Part shown: one piece after another, positions 1-21,587 of the stretch
Layout of the letters: every line of letters begins with the position of its first letter
Numbering within the stretch: position 1 is the first letter of the stretch
Source of the DNA: Macrostomum lignano
Taxonomy: Eukaryota
Direction of reading: 5' to 3'
Assembly (NCBI GenBank): GCA_002269645.1
Contig: NIVC01002504.1
Coordinates: forward strand, 62,001 to 126,000
Length of the DNA: 64,000 nt
The notes under the pieces: generated by a model
What the model saw: the letters and a program-made list of their open reading frames with translations, nothing else
What the model was told of the DNA's origin: nothing
Databases searched by the model: none
Program-made: the position numbers and the translations under genes

Positions 1-230
1 TAGATTATACGAGCGTATGTGCTCAAAACTAGCACGGGAGACGGCAGCTGAGCGCACTCAGTAAACCAGAATCCGTTGTGAAGTTGACGGTTCTTTTATT
101 CTCCCAAGTAGTCGATTAATATCATATGTACTAAAATATTTAATATGTATTTTATTTATATCAATTGGTTTCATTTTTATGTTTATTAACAATATAGTAA
201 ACAATGCTTTCTTTTACAGAATTCAAATAG

Positions 231-948
231 TCATATTAAACATTTTGAATTCTGTGGCTTCGGAGAAGACTGGTCGTGGAGTCGGTCGGCTGCTGTTCCT
301 ATCGCCAGCAATTTAATTTCCATAAACATTGATAAAAGTAGTTCAAAATCGCTCTCAATTAAGTAGTGTTTCCCACTAAGGTCATCTTCGAAGCCATTCC
401 ATCGACACTGCAGCTGTTCGTTACCAATTATCTCTTTAGCATCAGCTGTATTTACCACTACATGTACCGTTCGTGTCTGTAACCTACAAATATACATAAT
501 CCGTAATCGAATATTCGGCTCCGTCAGTTATCGGTCTCCACTAACTGTGTTTTCAATCACTACTTGAATAGCAGCCCGTCAGCACTCGAACTCTCGGACC
601 AGATATTCGTCACACCGCATCTAAGTAGGACACGGCTAAACTATATGAAGTCAGCTCTTAGCTGGCTTCTTGCAACATTCATACTATAGTTTATTACGTT
701 TTGCTTTGAAATATTTCTATTAATTTCGAATGTTTCTTTTTAGCACCAGGGGCTTTAGCACCAGGGGCTTTAGCACCAGGGGCTTTAGCACCAGGGGCTT
801 TAGCACCAGGGGCTTTAGCACCAGGGGCTTTAGCACCAGGGGCTTTAGCACCAGGGGCTTTAGCACCAGGGGCTTTAGCACCAGGGGCGCCAGCACCAGG
901 GACGCCAGCACCAGAGGCGCCAGCTCCAGCCCCAGCGCCAGACGTCGT
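231..948 (-). CDS. Putative last two exons (698..948, 231..483) of an unknown gene; first exon encodes a Gly/Ala-rich (APGAK)n repeat
   Basis: Acceptor TTTTCTAG before 948; reads TTSGAGAGAGASGAGVPGAG(APGAK)n...KKHSKLIEIFQSK; donor GTAATA at 697 (phase 2) matches the acceptor TTTGTAG before 483, continuing into the supplied 231..497 frame to the stop. No homology recognised. Confidence 0.35.
741..935. repeat. 15-bp tandem repeat (TAGCACCAGGGGCTT), about 10 near-perfect and 3 degenerate copies
   Basis: Unit starts read directly at 741, 756, ... 876; variants at 891, 906 and 921. Confidence 0.95.
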
Positions 949-1357
949 CTAGAAAAGTGTTCTGATTAAGAATATAACCAAGAACTCAACATTTATAAGA
1001 CAGATACTAAGTATAGAACTCCATGCGCTTCCTCTACAGATTCTGCAGGTCCAGAACTCCATTTTCGCACAGCTCGAAGACAAGAATATTTGCGCAAATT
1101 GAATAAATATAAAACTGTCATGGATAAATTCAGAGTTCCGCTCAAACTAACCGCATGGCTAGAAAAAATGAAATGCGTGGGCGGATAGCGCAGAGAACCG
1201 GAGCTCGAGTTTGAATTGAGATTCCATGCATAGGGAAGCAAACTTCCTCTTCGCAAATTCGGTTTTTTAAACTCTCAGATTTGCATTTGCCGTCAGTTCT
1301 TTCCTTCTTTGCCTCCTCTTATTCTCCAACTGTGAGCACCACTCAAAAGAACAAAGC

Positions 1358-3258
<1,901 letters not shown>

Positions 3259-6200
3259 TAAAAAATAACAAAAATTCATTTACGCTCGTGATGTACGCAA
3301 AATGAACACTAAATACATAGTTGAAAATCCAGACTAATCAATTTTCCGTGTTTTCTCTTAAAATTCTTTCTAGAAACACAATCGTACTGCGTCATATGCA
3401 TGTAAAGTACATTTTCCAATTCGGTTTATGCAGCGAATGGACTGTTTGCACCATCGACTTCTCCAGTTCCACATACATGTAAGCTAATCCCTAATCCTTA
3501 ATCCCTAATCCTCTCCGAGCCAATTTTCGTTTCGTAGAATTTCTGAAGGATGTCTGTCTGGGGGTTGGGGATTTCTCAGCTGATGGAAGCTGGAGTGAGA
3601 TGAGGCAAAGTAGCAGTCAGTCAATAATATTCCTTCCATTTTTTGTTTCTCTTTCTCGTCTCAGTCTAGGAGAGAGTGGCTGTACGACCGGCCCACCCGC
3701 ATCGGTGCCACTTGTAATGCAACTCTTGGATGCTCCTGTTGCATTCTACTCCCGAGAATGAGCGAGTGGGTGGGATAGGGAGAGGAAGAGAGGAAGAGAG
3801 ACTTGGTATTGGAGAATCGGGTCGATTGTGCCCCAAAAACTGCGTGCACTCGGTTCGGCCAGAATCTGCATGCAGGCTTGTCCGGAAGAGATAGCCCCGC
3901 GGGGTCCGCAACCATTCCCGCGCTGATCCCGACAGGCATGACAAATGCTTGAGCAGCACTGCACTGCAGCAGGGCTCTGCAGAGACGGAACTACGCCAAC
4001 CTTAGCAACTTTTATTTTCCATCCGGGATCTGCATAGTTAATGGCGCCGTTTGGTTTTGAATTGTGGTTCCGGCTCCGCGGGTTTCGCTAGAAAATTGTC
4101 CGGCATGCATTTCTACGAATGCAGGACCGTCATTATGGAGAGAGAGAGAAAGGGAGAGTGGCCGCTGAGGGAGATTCTAACTTTGCCCCCCCCACCCAGT
4201 CTGAACTCTCCCTTTTCTTTTCTCGCCCTGCATCTGCCAAGCCAGCCAATTTCACTTCTACTGACCGACCCCCGGACCCGGGCACTCTGCCCGTCCGGCA
4301 CCCAGCGCGTCCAAATTATTAATGAGCCGGCGCCTCTCTCACCCCGACCGCGCACTTCCCTCTCTCAAATTTCTCGCATGCAATTTCTCTAGGTTTTTTA
4401 TCCCTCGCCTCCCCATCCTCTGAGAACCCGGAATGCCAACTTGCAGAGAGATTCTTTGTGTCACGGTTTTTTTTCTAAACTTCCTGTGCAGTCCTGGAAG
4501 AAACTTTCGAGATAGTTTTGATAGAATTTGATAAAGTTTCTGAATGGACAAGGAAATTTGTGTGTTTGAGTTAGTATTCCGAAGTCCTAGATATCCTTGC
4601 CCAACAACTCCCCATTCTGCATCAGATAGGATCGTATTTTTTGGTGGACCTCGAGATCGGCGCGAAATTCACGCCCAATCATTGACCTATGAAATGGCGG
4701 CCGCAGGATCACGGGCTCTGAGGTCACCTCTCCATCTGTTTACGACCTGCTATCTCATCCCGTAGTTCCCCTAATGCTCTCTCTCTCTTCCTCTCCCGCG
4801 GATCCCTCTTGGACTCATGGTGAAGCCTGTTTCGTCGTCCTCGTGTTACCGACCTGTCTTCGACATGGGGATAGGGGCTTAAGCATTCTCTATGCCCCAT
4901 GCCTGCTCCATGGTCTCTGTGTCTCTCGTTTCCCCTCTCCTATCCAGCCCTATAGCCGCTATGCGGTCCCGCAGCATGCGCTTGTAGGTCTGTGAGTGTG
5001 TGTGAGTGAGTGTGTGTTGAGGCTGAGGGCTGAAATTGGGGTGGCTGGGGGGCCGATGAGGATTTTGGGAAACGAGTGAGCCGGGCGATCTCCCTGCCCT
5101 GCACGCGTCCCCGGTTTCTCTCCCTCTCTCGCCCCCTCTCTCCCCTCTTCCATTCCCTTCTAAAAGCCTTCCTAAGCCCCTCTAGAAGCAGCCGGAGTGG
5201 CGGCGCAGCATCAGTTGTGACTGCTACAACACTGCAGACTTTTGTCCAATTTACATTTCTATCTGTCTCACTTTCACATCCCCAATTTCCATTCATCCGC
5301 GACAATATGTGAGCGAGACGTTGGAGCTTGCTTGGCTAGTTTGGCCTTACAAAATTGCTCCGAGAGTTCAGCTGGAGCCAGGCCGGACATAAAAAGCCGC
5401 GCAGCACGATGGTTTTGACTTCCGAGTCCAGATAATAGCCACCCACGAGTCCAACAGCATGATCAACTTTCTGTCTAGGCCGTTCATCAAGCTAAAGAGA
5501 GTAAGTTTTGCATCAATTGAAAGTTTGAAAGCTCAGTTAAATCTTGCAGAAATTTCTTTCGCATTGGAAATTGATGTTAGGCGTTTTTATTTCTTGCTAG
5601 ATGTCTCTTGTAGACGTCTCCCACTTCCTGGGAATTACCAGGTATCTGGACTTATCCCGTACAGTAATCAGCCGAGGTCGATGATGACGTCATTATCCTT
5701 CGATGCAATGTAAAAGTACATCCTAACATATTTGTCATCGACGTCGATAGACGTCTGGACGTCGGGGGACGTCGCCGATGCGGATTCCGTTCATAGGGGG
5801 TTCATTTGCTACAATTTTTAGGGGACTCTTCATCCTAGAACTTGCCACGCACTCACACAGGCTCACTGTAAGGCATGTTCGCACATTTTGTGCCTTCGCG
5901 GTTGGACTTTACGGATGTGATTGGAATCGAACCCATGAATTCTTCGGCGCCATTGAGCTGGTCAGCCTCTTTGAAGCTAATTGCCTCCGATGTGACTTTA
6001 AGGAGCAGCACGGTTGACTTATCAAAAGTTTCGCTTACCAAATTTCAGAGTTGGCGTTGAAATCGTTCTATTAATAGAGAGAGGGAAAGTCCATTGATCT
6101 TTCAACGCGCGGAAGCACGCGATTAGTACCTATATAAGGATAGTCAACTCCTCTCTCTACTCACCCGACCTTCCTCGTCTTTGCTTTGATGTTGAGTCGA

Positions 6201-6758
6201 AGAGAAAGGGACTAAAGAGCGCCGAGTGACCGTAGCTGCCGCGTGAGTTTTCACCGGCTTTTGGCTTTTTTAGAGCCCAGCAACCGTTCCGGCCCTAAAG
6301 TAAGAAGCTGGTGTTGAAGGTGAAAAGATTCAAGTAGAAAAGAGTGAAGTCTCTTCCGGACTGCCGTAGTCGCTATAAGAGACCAGCGGTTCAATGAGAT
6401 TCTTTGAACAATTGTCGGTTTAAATGATTTGACTTTCACCCGTAATTGCAATCAAGAAGCTCCATTTCTAAAAAGCTTATACACGTACGTAACTGAACGT
6501 AAGGAAGGAAAACGACTCCATAAAATCTTCTGGAGACAGTCGAAGTACAATCAGAGAGGAGGCAGTTGAGCATACCCATGTATTGGTACATGTGTGAAAG
6601 CAAACACTCACACTGGGGTGTTGTTACACTCTGTGCTTTATTGGTTGTACCAAGAAGCCTCGAGCCACCATTCCGTGCATGAATCGAAGCTACAAATGTC
6701 CTCATTCAAAGCCCAACTGACAATTGCCTCCCCCCTTTGACTGTGATTGATCGAACAG

Positions 6759-7303
6759 GAGCTGGAGATGAGGACAAGCTCCAGAAGCGGTTCGCCAGAG
6801 CGACTCTCTACCGCTTCAATGCTTGAAATAGACCGCGAGTTGGCCGCCCAGCAACCGGTCCCCCTGGTGGGCGTTCAGGTCTATCAGCAACAGCGCAGCT
6901 CAAAATCTAGCACCGGTGAGACTCGATATTTTGAATCAATTTTACTTGATAGCAAAGCTATCTGAGTTGTTCGCTGGTCTAAGAGTCAGCATGAGGATAA
7001 GCGCAGGATTCGGTCATCGACCTGGCCTGGGTTCGTCCCCAGGCGCGGAGGCTTGCCGAGTGACACTGCTCCTGTTTTTTCAGACCTAACTATCTTACAG
7101 TAGTTTCTCTAAGCAATGCGGGGTTACCGATTGCATACTACCAAGCGTTTGTGGTCTTTCTTACAGACTCATCGCCAAGACGACGGACCAAGTCAGAGGC
7201 GCCTCTGGCGGCGGCTGCATCTGCATCAGCCACCGCCGCTGCGGACTCTTCACCTTGGTTGACGCCACCGGCTAGTCAGCCGTTTTATCAGCAACAGCAG
7301 CAT

Positions 7304-7358
<55 letters not shown>

Positions 7359-9233
7359 TGGTTAATCATTGCTCGACAGCTCCTCAAAGGTTGCAGCTGC
7401 CACGTCGACGCCTGATAGCAGCTTCCGACTCGCGACTGAATGAGACTTCAGCTGGTGATGACGGCGACAACGGCGAAAGCTCCGCTGCGCAGCGCGATCC
7501 CACGCCAATATTTCGACGCCGCCAGCAGCAACAGCTACAACAGCAGCAGCAATTGGACCAACTGCTGCCTTCTAGACAGCAACTAGAGGCCATCAGATTC
7601 GGGAAGCCCGGGTCCAGCGTTTCATTTCGTCTTAAGCCGACTTTCTCTGATCCGCACCCGCCACCGCCGCCGCCTCCGCCGCTGCCACAGCCTCAGCCTC
7701 AGCCGCCTCCGCCAGAGGAAGACCCAGAGGATCCTGCAGGTCACACGGACCGGCTTCTGCGGGACACGGCCACCCTCCTGCACGACATGGAGGCCCGTCT
7801 GGCTAGAGGGTCCGTCGACAACATCCCCTACGCAGACGAGGAGGCCGCCGACGAAGCTGGCGGCTGCGGCTACTTTGCTCAGGGTGACGCGTGTGACGAC
7901 TTTGCGGACAGCGTGTACGTCGATGAGGACGAGGATGGGAACCTGTCATCAGACTCAGCTGAGACCATCGGGGCAGCTGGCGTCGCATTTTCTGCGACCT
8001 CGCCGCGGCAGATGGACAGAAAGCGAGGCTCCCTGCCCGCTCTGAGCGGCTCCTTTGTACCGCCGATGCAGAATTCGTTTCATCAGTACCATCTGCCGCA
8101 GCAGCCGCAGCAACAGCAGCAGCAACAAGAACAACAGAATCAGCAGCGGAAAAACACAAAGCACAGAGGGATTCGTTTGCGACTGTTTGGAGGTCGGCAT
8201 CGCCAGCAAAAACAGCAGCAGCAGCAGCAACAACAGCAGCAACAGAAGCAACAACAACAACAACAAAAGCAACAACTGCAGCAACAGCAACATCATCAAC
8301 AGCAAAAACAACAACAGCAGCAGCAGCAGCAAAACCATCAATTGTTGCTGATGATGAGACGCCAGTTCTCAGCTAGTAGCGCCGGATCAATCGAGGACAT
8401 GCGCAATTCGGTTTCCCGTCACAGTCTGATTCAGCTGCAGCAGCAGCTAAACCAGCAGCAGTACCCCTACCAGAGCCACTACCAGCCCCAGCATCAGTAC
8501 CAAAGCGCCTGGAGGTACAGCTCGGTATCGGAGCTGAGTCGAATCCGGGAGACGTCTTTCGATGGAGTAGGGTTTTCCAGTTTCCTGTCTAAGAAATCGG
8601 TAAGTGCCTATGATAGATAGACCATTAGGACTGTTGGGAGTACCAGCTGCTTCGGTTTCTGTATGCTTCAAAGCCAAAAATTAACCTCGAATTCAGGAGT
8701 CTCCGCAGCAGCTGTCGCAGTTCTCCACACTGCCGCATATTCGGCATCATCCGCGTCAGCAAGCCGCGTCAGCAGCTACAATGGCCAGTGGCAGCGGAGG
8801 CGGCACAAGCGGCACCGGTGGTCGCCACGCGTCAGCGTTCTCGCCGTTCGACGCCAAGCTGCCAACTTCCAGCTTCGCCGCATCTTCGTCGTTCCCACGC
8901 AATCGGAGCCGCTCCGTCGCCATCCTGTCGAATGCATCAGCCGCGACGACTCCGAACTACGACAGTGACCTGCTGGCTGCCAGCCTGCTGCAGGTCGCGC
9001 AGAAGCTACGTCGCTGCTCAGACGACCTGCTGGGGAAACTGAGACGCAGTCGGCATCTGAGCCGGACGCCCAGCCCAGCCGAGGAGCTGCTGCTGCGCCA
9101 GCGAAGCCTAGACGGAGGCGGAGGCACCAGCGGTGGCAGCAACCGTCTTCCGGAGACTCTTCATTGCTGCATTCACAACCTGCGCGCCGTACAATACCAG
9201 CTGAACTGTGAGTTGAGTTCGAATGGTAATTAG
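6759..9233 (+). CDS. Q/P/S-rich low-complexity protein of unknown function; exons 6759..6915, 7167..8599, 8697..(9207 or 9233)
   Basis: Long open frames with CAG/CAA runs; splice phases agree (phase 1 at 6915/7167, phase 0 at 8599/8697); strong donors GTGAG and GTAAGT. The 5' and 3' limits are uncertain. Confidence 0.65.
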
Positions 9234-9597
9234 CCCGGAAAGAAAGAAATAAATCAATGTACGAGACACAGACACAAATTTTAAAAGTCCTGAAATTCTT
9301 AAAAGCCATTTGTTGGAATCGCAAAGTCAAGTTACCAGAAGAGCCGTGACAGGTGACGGAAACGCTTGAAATGTACATATAAAAGTACAGCAAAGAATCT
9401 AGACGTCACGTGACAACTATTCATAGTTAAATGTGTACATGAGTAAAGCGTCGAGAGTCTCGGGCAAGTAAATGTTACAATAAAGGTTCCATGACCGATG
9501 TTTAGGCCTAAAAAATATAGAACCAAGTGTCAATGAAATTGAATGAAATTGGGAAATAGTACATTGTCTCCAACAGAAAAGTTCAGGGCGGTGACAG

Positions 9598-10660
9598 TCG
9601 ATACACGTCGTCTGTGATGCTTCCGATTCTGCGTCGCATCCTCTCGACTGTATAGTTATAACTGGCGTTCCCAAGTTGTCATGTGGAAGTCCAGGTGCGT
9701 AGTAGTCGTCCCAGGTGGCCTAATTGTCATCTTTTGCAGAGCCGCCACGAAGCTTTGGTTCAGTTGTTCATATTGACCATTTGTGCGCGTACCGCTTGCC
9801 AATCTTCTCGGCAGACAGTTTATCAATAAAGAATTCAGGTAATGTAGCTCGATTGATGAAAAGTAAGTCGATAAAAGAAATAGTCAACATTAATTATATT
9901 CGGCTTTTCAATGCCGATGCATTTCATTCACAATGGACATCGTCGAGCTCACTAACTTTATTAAACGAAGTACGGCTCGTAAGAAATTGTTCTTATATTA
10001 ATTTAAGCTTGGTATCGTTCGTGAGCACAGAGGATGTCCATTGTGGACGAAATGCGTCGGCATTGAAAAGCATAATCTAGTTCCTGTTGATCATTTGTTT
10101 CATCTACTTACTTTTCATCACTGAGTTATTGAATTCGCGCCCTTGATCCCTAAGTAGAGTGTCGGGTCATTAGGAAAACAGAATGCCCTGCAAAGCTCCT
10201 CTGCAGCCGTCCGTGTGTTGGTCTTGGGTAGCACAGAGGCAGGTGAAAAATGGCTGAACTTGCAACGGATAATGAGCAGACATTGAATCAGCAGGCAAAA
10301 ACGGCGGTGGGGCTGGAGGCCTCAGGCAGGGGACCAGCAAAAGACCATGTCGAGGTCTTTGCCAGGCTATCGGCTAACTCGTTACGCAATTATATATATG
10401 TGTGTTTGTGTTATTGTCCCTCTGTTCCCTATAATAGCTGATGGTATACTAAATGTCATAACACCGGTAAAAACAACTCCCACATTCCCGCCGCAGTGAT
10501 CGAGCACGCCATATTTCCTCAGGCAAAGAGTGGGCGAAATTCAGCGCTGGGAAGCTGCTCAGAATCCGAGTACCTGATGGAGCGGGACAGAATCCATGGC
10601 GAGCTGCGCGGCTTTCGCCCGATCGATCCAGGCGGCGGGGCGCAGCAGCAGCAGCAATAG
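9598..10660 (+). CDS. Possible further 3' exons (~9598..9694, 9740..9838, 10207..10242, 10523..10660) of the Q-rich gene or a separate small gene
   Basis: Pyrimidine-rich acceptors and GT donors, with phase-1 junctions chaining across three exons; the last exon ends PIDPGGGAQQQQQ*. I could not close the link to the 8697 exon. Confidence 0.25.
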
Positions 10661-11343
10661 CAGCAACAATAGCTCGTACGACCTACTCATAGCAGAGAAA
10701 AAAAAGAATAATCCAAACTCTTCATTGCTTGTACCTCGTGTAATAATTTGCTTCCAGTTCAAACTGCTTTCTTTTTGTCATAAACAGCTGTCAGGACGCG
10801 TCTTTCCTCTGAACATCGTTTCGAAAAGGAACAAAATAACAATAGGAACTTTATAGTCAGCGTTTGAGCAAAATTATTCTTTCTCTTAGGTCAAAAATCT
10901 ATTGTACTTCGTCGATAGCTGCTTCACAAACATTAGTTATATAACTCTTATTTTTAATCTTTTCTATCTCACCATCCCGCAACAATGTCAGGCTTCTGAC
11001 TTCAACGATAGCAACGATAATCCGCGTGACAACCATTTTTATATTGTGCTAATTAGTCAGTTTAGTAACTCTGAATAAAATTAGATGTTGAACAAGTTTG
11101 CTAAAGCTTTGATGTTTGCAACTGTGTGTGAGGCTAAGAATTTTGTGCGTGCAGTTTACATTTCGATGAAATTATTAAAACTATTGCATTGACGACCAGA
11201 TCTAATCTTGGGATCTATACATTTGTTCTATCTGATCTATCTTGCTCTGTCTGATCTACGAGTATCTGATCTATCTGATCTGTTTTATCAAGATTTGTTT
11301 TATCAAGCTACATCATTTCTTCTACAGAAAAAGACACAACACT

Positions 11344-11640
11344 AGCTATTTGATCTATAAGAACGGACACAACACAAGCTAGTTGATCTATAAGAACGGA
11401 CACAACACAAGCTATTTGATCTATAAGAACGGACACAACACAAGCTAGTTGATCTATAAGAACGGACACAACACAAGCTAGTTGATCTATAAGAACGGAC
11501 ACAACACAAGCTATTTGATCTATAAGAACGGACACAACACAAGCTAGTTGATCTATAAGAACGGACACAACACAAGCTATTTGATTTATAAGAACGGACA
11601 CAACACTAGCTATTTGATCTATAAGAACGGACACAACACA
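11344..11640. repeat. 33-bp tandem repeat x9 downstream of the RasGRP stop
   Basis: Unit AGCTA(G/T)TTGATCTATAAGAACGGACACAACACA, contiguous, without spacers. Confidence 0.95.
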
Positions 11641-11784
11641 ATAGCTAATCAAGCAGACACATAATAAAATTTTATTAGTGATGACAAACTAATCTAGCTG
11701 ATCTAATGTGAATCGATCAAAATTGATGCATATTAGTCAGACTGTTTGTGTCAGAGGCAGGTGATTTTCGCATCAGCTCCCGAC

Positions 11785-19010
<7,226 letters not shown>

Positions 19011-20124
19011 CGAGCTTTGAGAGTGAGCAGAGATGATTACCACTGAGCTGCGCTTCCTCGAGGGAGATGGGAAATCGCTGATTTTATTGCCAGCGATTTG
19101 TGCGTGCTGGCCCTGCTCTTAAAGACCTGCGCCAATGCGCGCAGGTGTGCTCAACAGCGAGGAGAATCGGGTTTCGAAAAAACAGCCGCCCTACCTTGGA
19201 GATGCGGACAGTCACGTGTCCGCCTCATGGCCGATGTCTGGCGCGCAAAGGAAGATAAAAGCAGAAAATGCTTTGCAAAAGGGCTGCAGCTGGCCGGCGT
19301 CCAAAGCTTAGAAGCAAATCTTGCAAATCTTTTTTGCGATCGCGTGGAATATTCTTGGATGGACATAATCTCTGGCACAATGAGCCGACTATAAATAGAG
19401 ATGCCCAGGGTGCTCAACACGTCCCACTAGTGTCCAAGGTTTTATCCCGTGAACTTCATTTATACTCAGCAGAAAAACCGATTTTAGATAGAGATTTTTG
19501 AAGTCCGGCGTATCACATAGTTGTTGCATGTAGCTCACTAATCTGTCGTTTGAATTGATTCAAGGCTCGCATCAATGTATTTCAATCCAAATAGTTAAAG
19601 AACTTTGCTGTTACAATTGGCTATCCCAATTTTCAGTGAGAAACTAGCGATACCAATCAGCGCCCCCTTTTTAGGGGAGCCAAAAACAAAGAATGGAATA
19701 CAATTTTTTGAATAAACTACATATACAAAGTAGCTTCTGACCTCAACCTTGAAACCTCAGAAATTCCCCCAAGCCTTGACATCTCAGCAATTCCCCTAAT
19801 GCATATTAGCCTTAACATCTCAGCAATTCCCCTCATACATGTAAGCAATGACATTTCAGCTTTTCCCCCTGTGAGCCTTGAAATCTCAGAAATTTCTCTC
19901 GATGCTTATTGAAAAGGGTTTTGTGCTGATGAAGGAAAAAATTTTTGCTGGTGAAAGTTTTGATTCATGGCAATTTATTCTTTTCAAAAAAAGAAAAAGT
20001 ATTCCATAGTATAACAAGTATAGCAAGTAGTATAGTATAGCAAGAATTCCATTTTTGATAAATGGAAATGGAAATTAATGGTTACTGTTGGGCCAAAATA
20101 AAAACCACTTGGTGTCATTTTAAA

Positions 20125-21420
20125 GCCCCCCAGCGGGGGGCTGAATGGCTAGTCATCGTCATCAGGTGCTAATCTGGGGGAGTAGAGCTGATCTGGGGAG
20201 TAGTTAATCTGGGGGCGAGTAGTGCTAATCTGGGCTGAGTAGTGCTAATCTGGAGCGAATTGGGCTAATTTGGGGGAGTAGTGCTAATCAGGAGCAGTGG
20301 GCTAATCTGGGGGGAGGTAGTGATAATCTGGGGGAGTAGTGCTAATCTGGAAGGGAATGGGGCTAATCTGGGCGGAGTGCTGATTTTGGGGTAGTGGTGC
20401 TAATCTTGGTGGTCATGAGACTTGCTAATCTGGGCGGAGTGCTAATCTGGAGCGAAGTGGGGCTAATCTAATCTGGGCTGAGATAGTGCTAATCTGGGCT
20501 GAGGTAGTGCTAATCTGGGGGAGGGGAGTGGGGCTAATCTGAGGGGAGGTAGTGCTAATCTGGGGGGAGGTAGTGCTAATCTGGGCGGAGTGCTGATTTT
20601 GGGGTAGTGGTGCTAATCTTGGTGGTGAGACTTGCTAATCTGGGCTGAGTGCTAATCTGGAGGGGAGTGGTGTTATTCTGGGGGAGTAGCGCTAATCTGG
20701 GAGAGTAGTGCTAGTTCGATAGTGCTAATTTGGAGAAGTGCCAATCTGGGGGAGGAGGGGCTAATCTGGGGAAGAAAGGCTAATCTATGGGGAGTAGTAC
20801 CAATCTGAGAGAGTAGTGCTAATCTGGAGAGGAAGTAGTGCTAATCTGGCGGAGTAGTGCTAATCTGAGGAAAGTAGAGCAAATCTGATGGTTGTCCTCG
20901 TGTCAGGTTTGTCGCGCAATTATTGCGAAATTTAATATTGCTAAAAAAAGACTACGAGCGTAACTTATACAATAAAATAACAAATAATGATAAGAGAACT
21001 ATAAATGAATTGACATTGCAAAGTACAAATATTGGGAAATGTAACAGAGCTTTTTTAGTCTCAGTAGAATCGGTGTACAACTGCTTCGAGATTTTCTACT
21101 GCAGAACTGCTTAGAGATTAGTGGCACTTGCTCAGCGACTGTGCAAAACTGCTTATAGATAAGCGCTAAACTGCTAAGAAGCCACCCGGAGGGGGGCTAA
21201 ATGGCTAGTCCTCCTTCCTCCTGTATACTAAAAATGAAAATCTTGCTTGCTTGTATGCTTGTATGTGCGCAATCGATTTTCTCCCGAATGGCTTAACCGA
21301 TTTTCATGAGACTTGCACTGTTCGATCAGAAATTTTCCTGTGTCGGTACATGTGTCTTGGCTAAGAAATTTCTCGATGCTAAAGGCAATAAATATTCGAA
21401 AAACATGCTTTTTAGCAAAG
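20125..21420 (+). mobile_element. Head-to-tail non-autonomous Helitron-like segments
   Basis: Two GC hairpins each followed after 7 nt by CTAG then TC (CTAG at 20149..20152 and 21205..21208); the second TC leads into TATACTAAAAATGAAAATCTTGCTTGCTTGTATG...AACCGATTTT, resembling 5' ends of invertebrate non-autonomous Helitrons. Confidence 0.5.
20165..20890. repeat. Degenerate GTAGTGCTAATCTGGG minisatellite
   Basis: GCTAATCTGG core repeated dozens of times. Confidence 0.92.
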
Positions 21421-21587
21421 GTCAAGCAAACTTTTCGACTTAAAATGCATTGTAAGAATGCTAGAGAAAAAATGACTGGTTGAATTCTGATTCTGAAATA
21501 GATTGCATCATAACTGAATTGTAACTCCGACTTGAATTGAAAATGCAGTGTGGAAGCGTAGCACCAGACTTGATTAGATTGAGTAGC
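21417..21587 (+). repeat. ~170-bp direct repeat, copy 1 (copy 2 at ~26099..26270), flanking the Gypsy element
   Basis: AAAGGTCAAGCAAACTTTTCGACTT...GCACCAGACTTGATT is found at both sites with few substitutions. Confidence 0.9.

Noticed and set aside
968-1178. Open plus frame ending KMKCVGG* as a prenylated terminal exon
   Set aside because: No upstream exon or start found, weak acceptor, and no recognisable homology.
3485-3512. CCCTAAT repeats as interstitial telomere
   Set aside because: Only 3-4 imperfect 7-bp units, not (CCCTAA)n.
11344-11640. 33-bp repeats as a CRISPR array
   Set aside because: Units are contiguous with no unique spacers; eukaryotic context; no cas genes.
19925-19965. 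Hammerhead ribozyme (CTGATGA...GAAA)
   Set aside because: Stems I-III cannot be formed convincingly.
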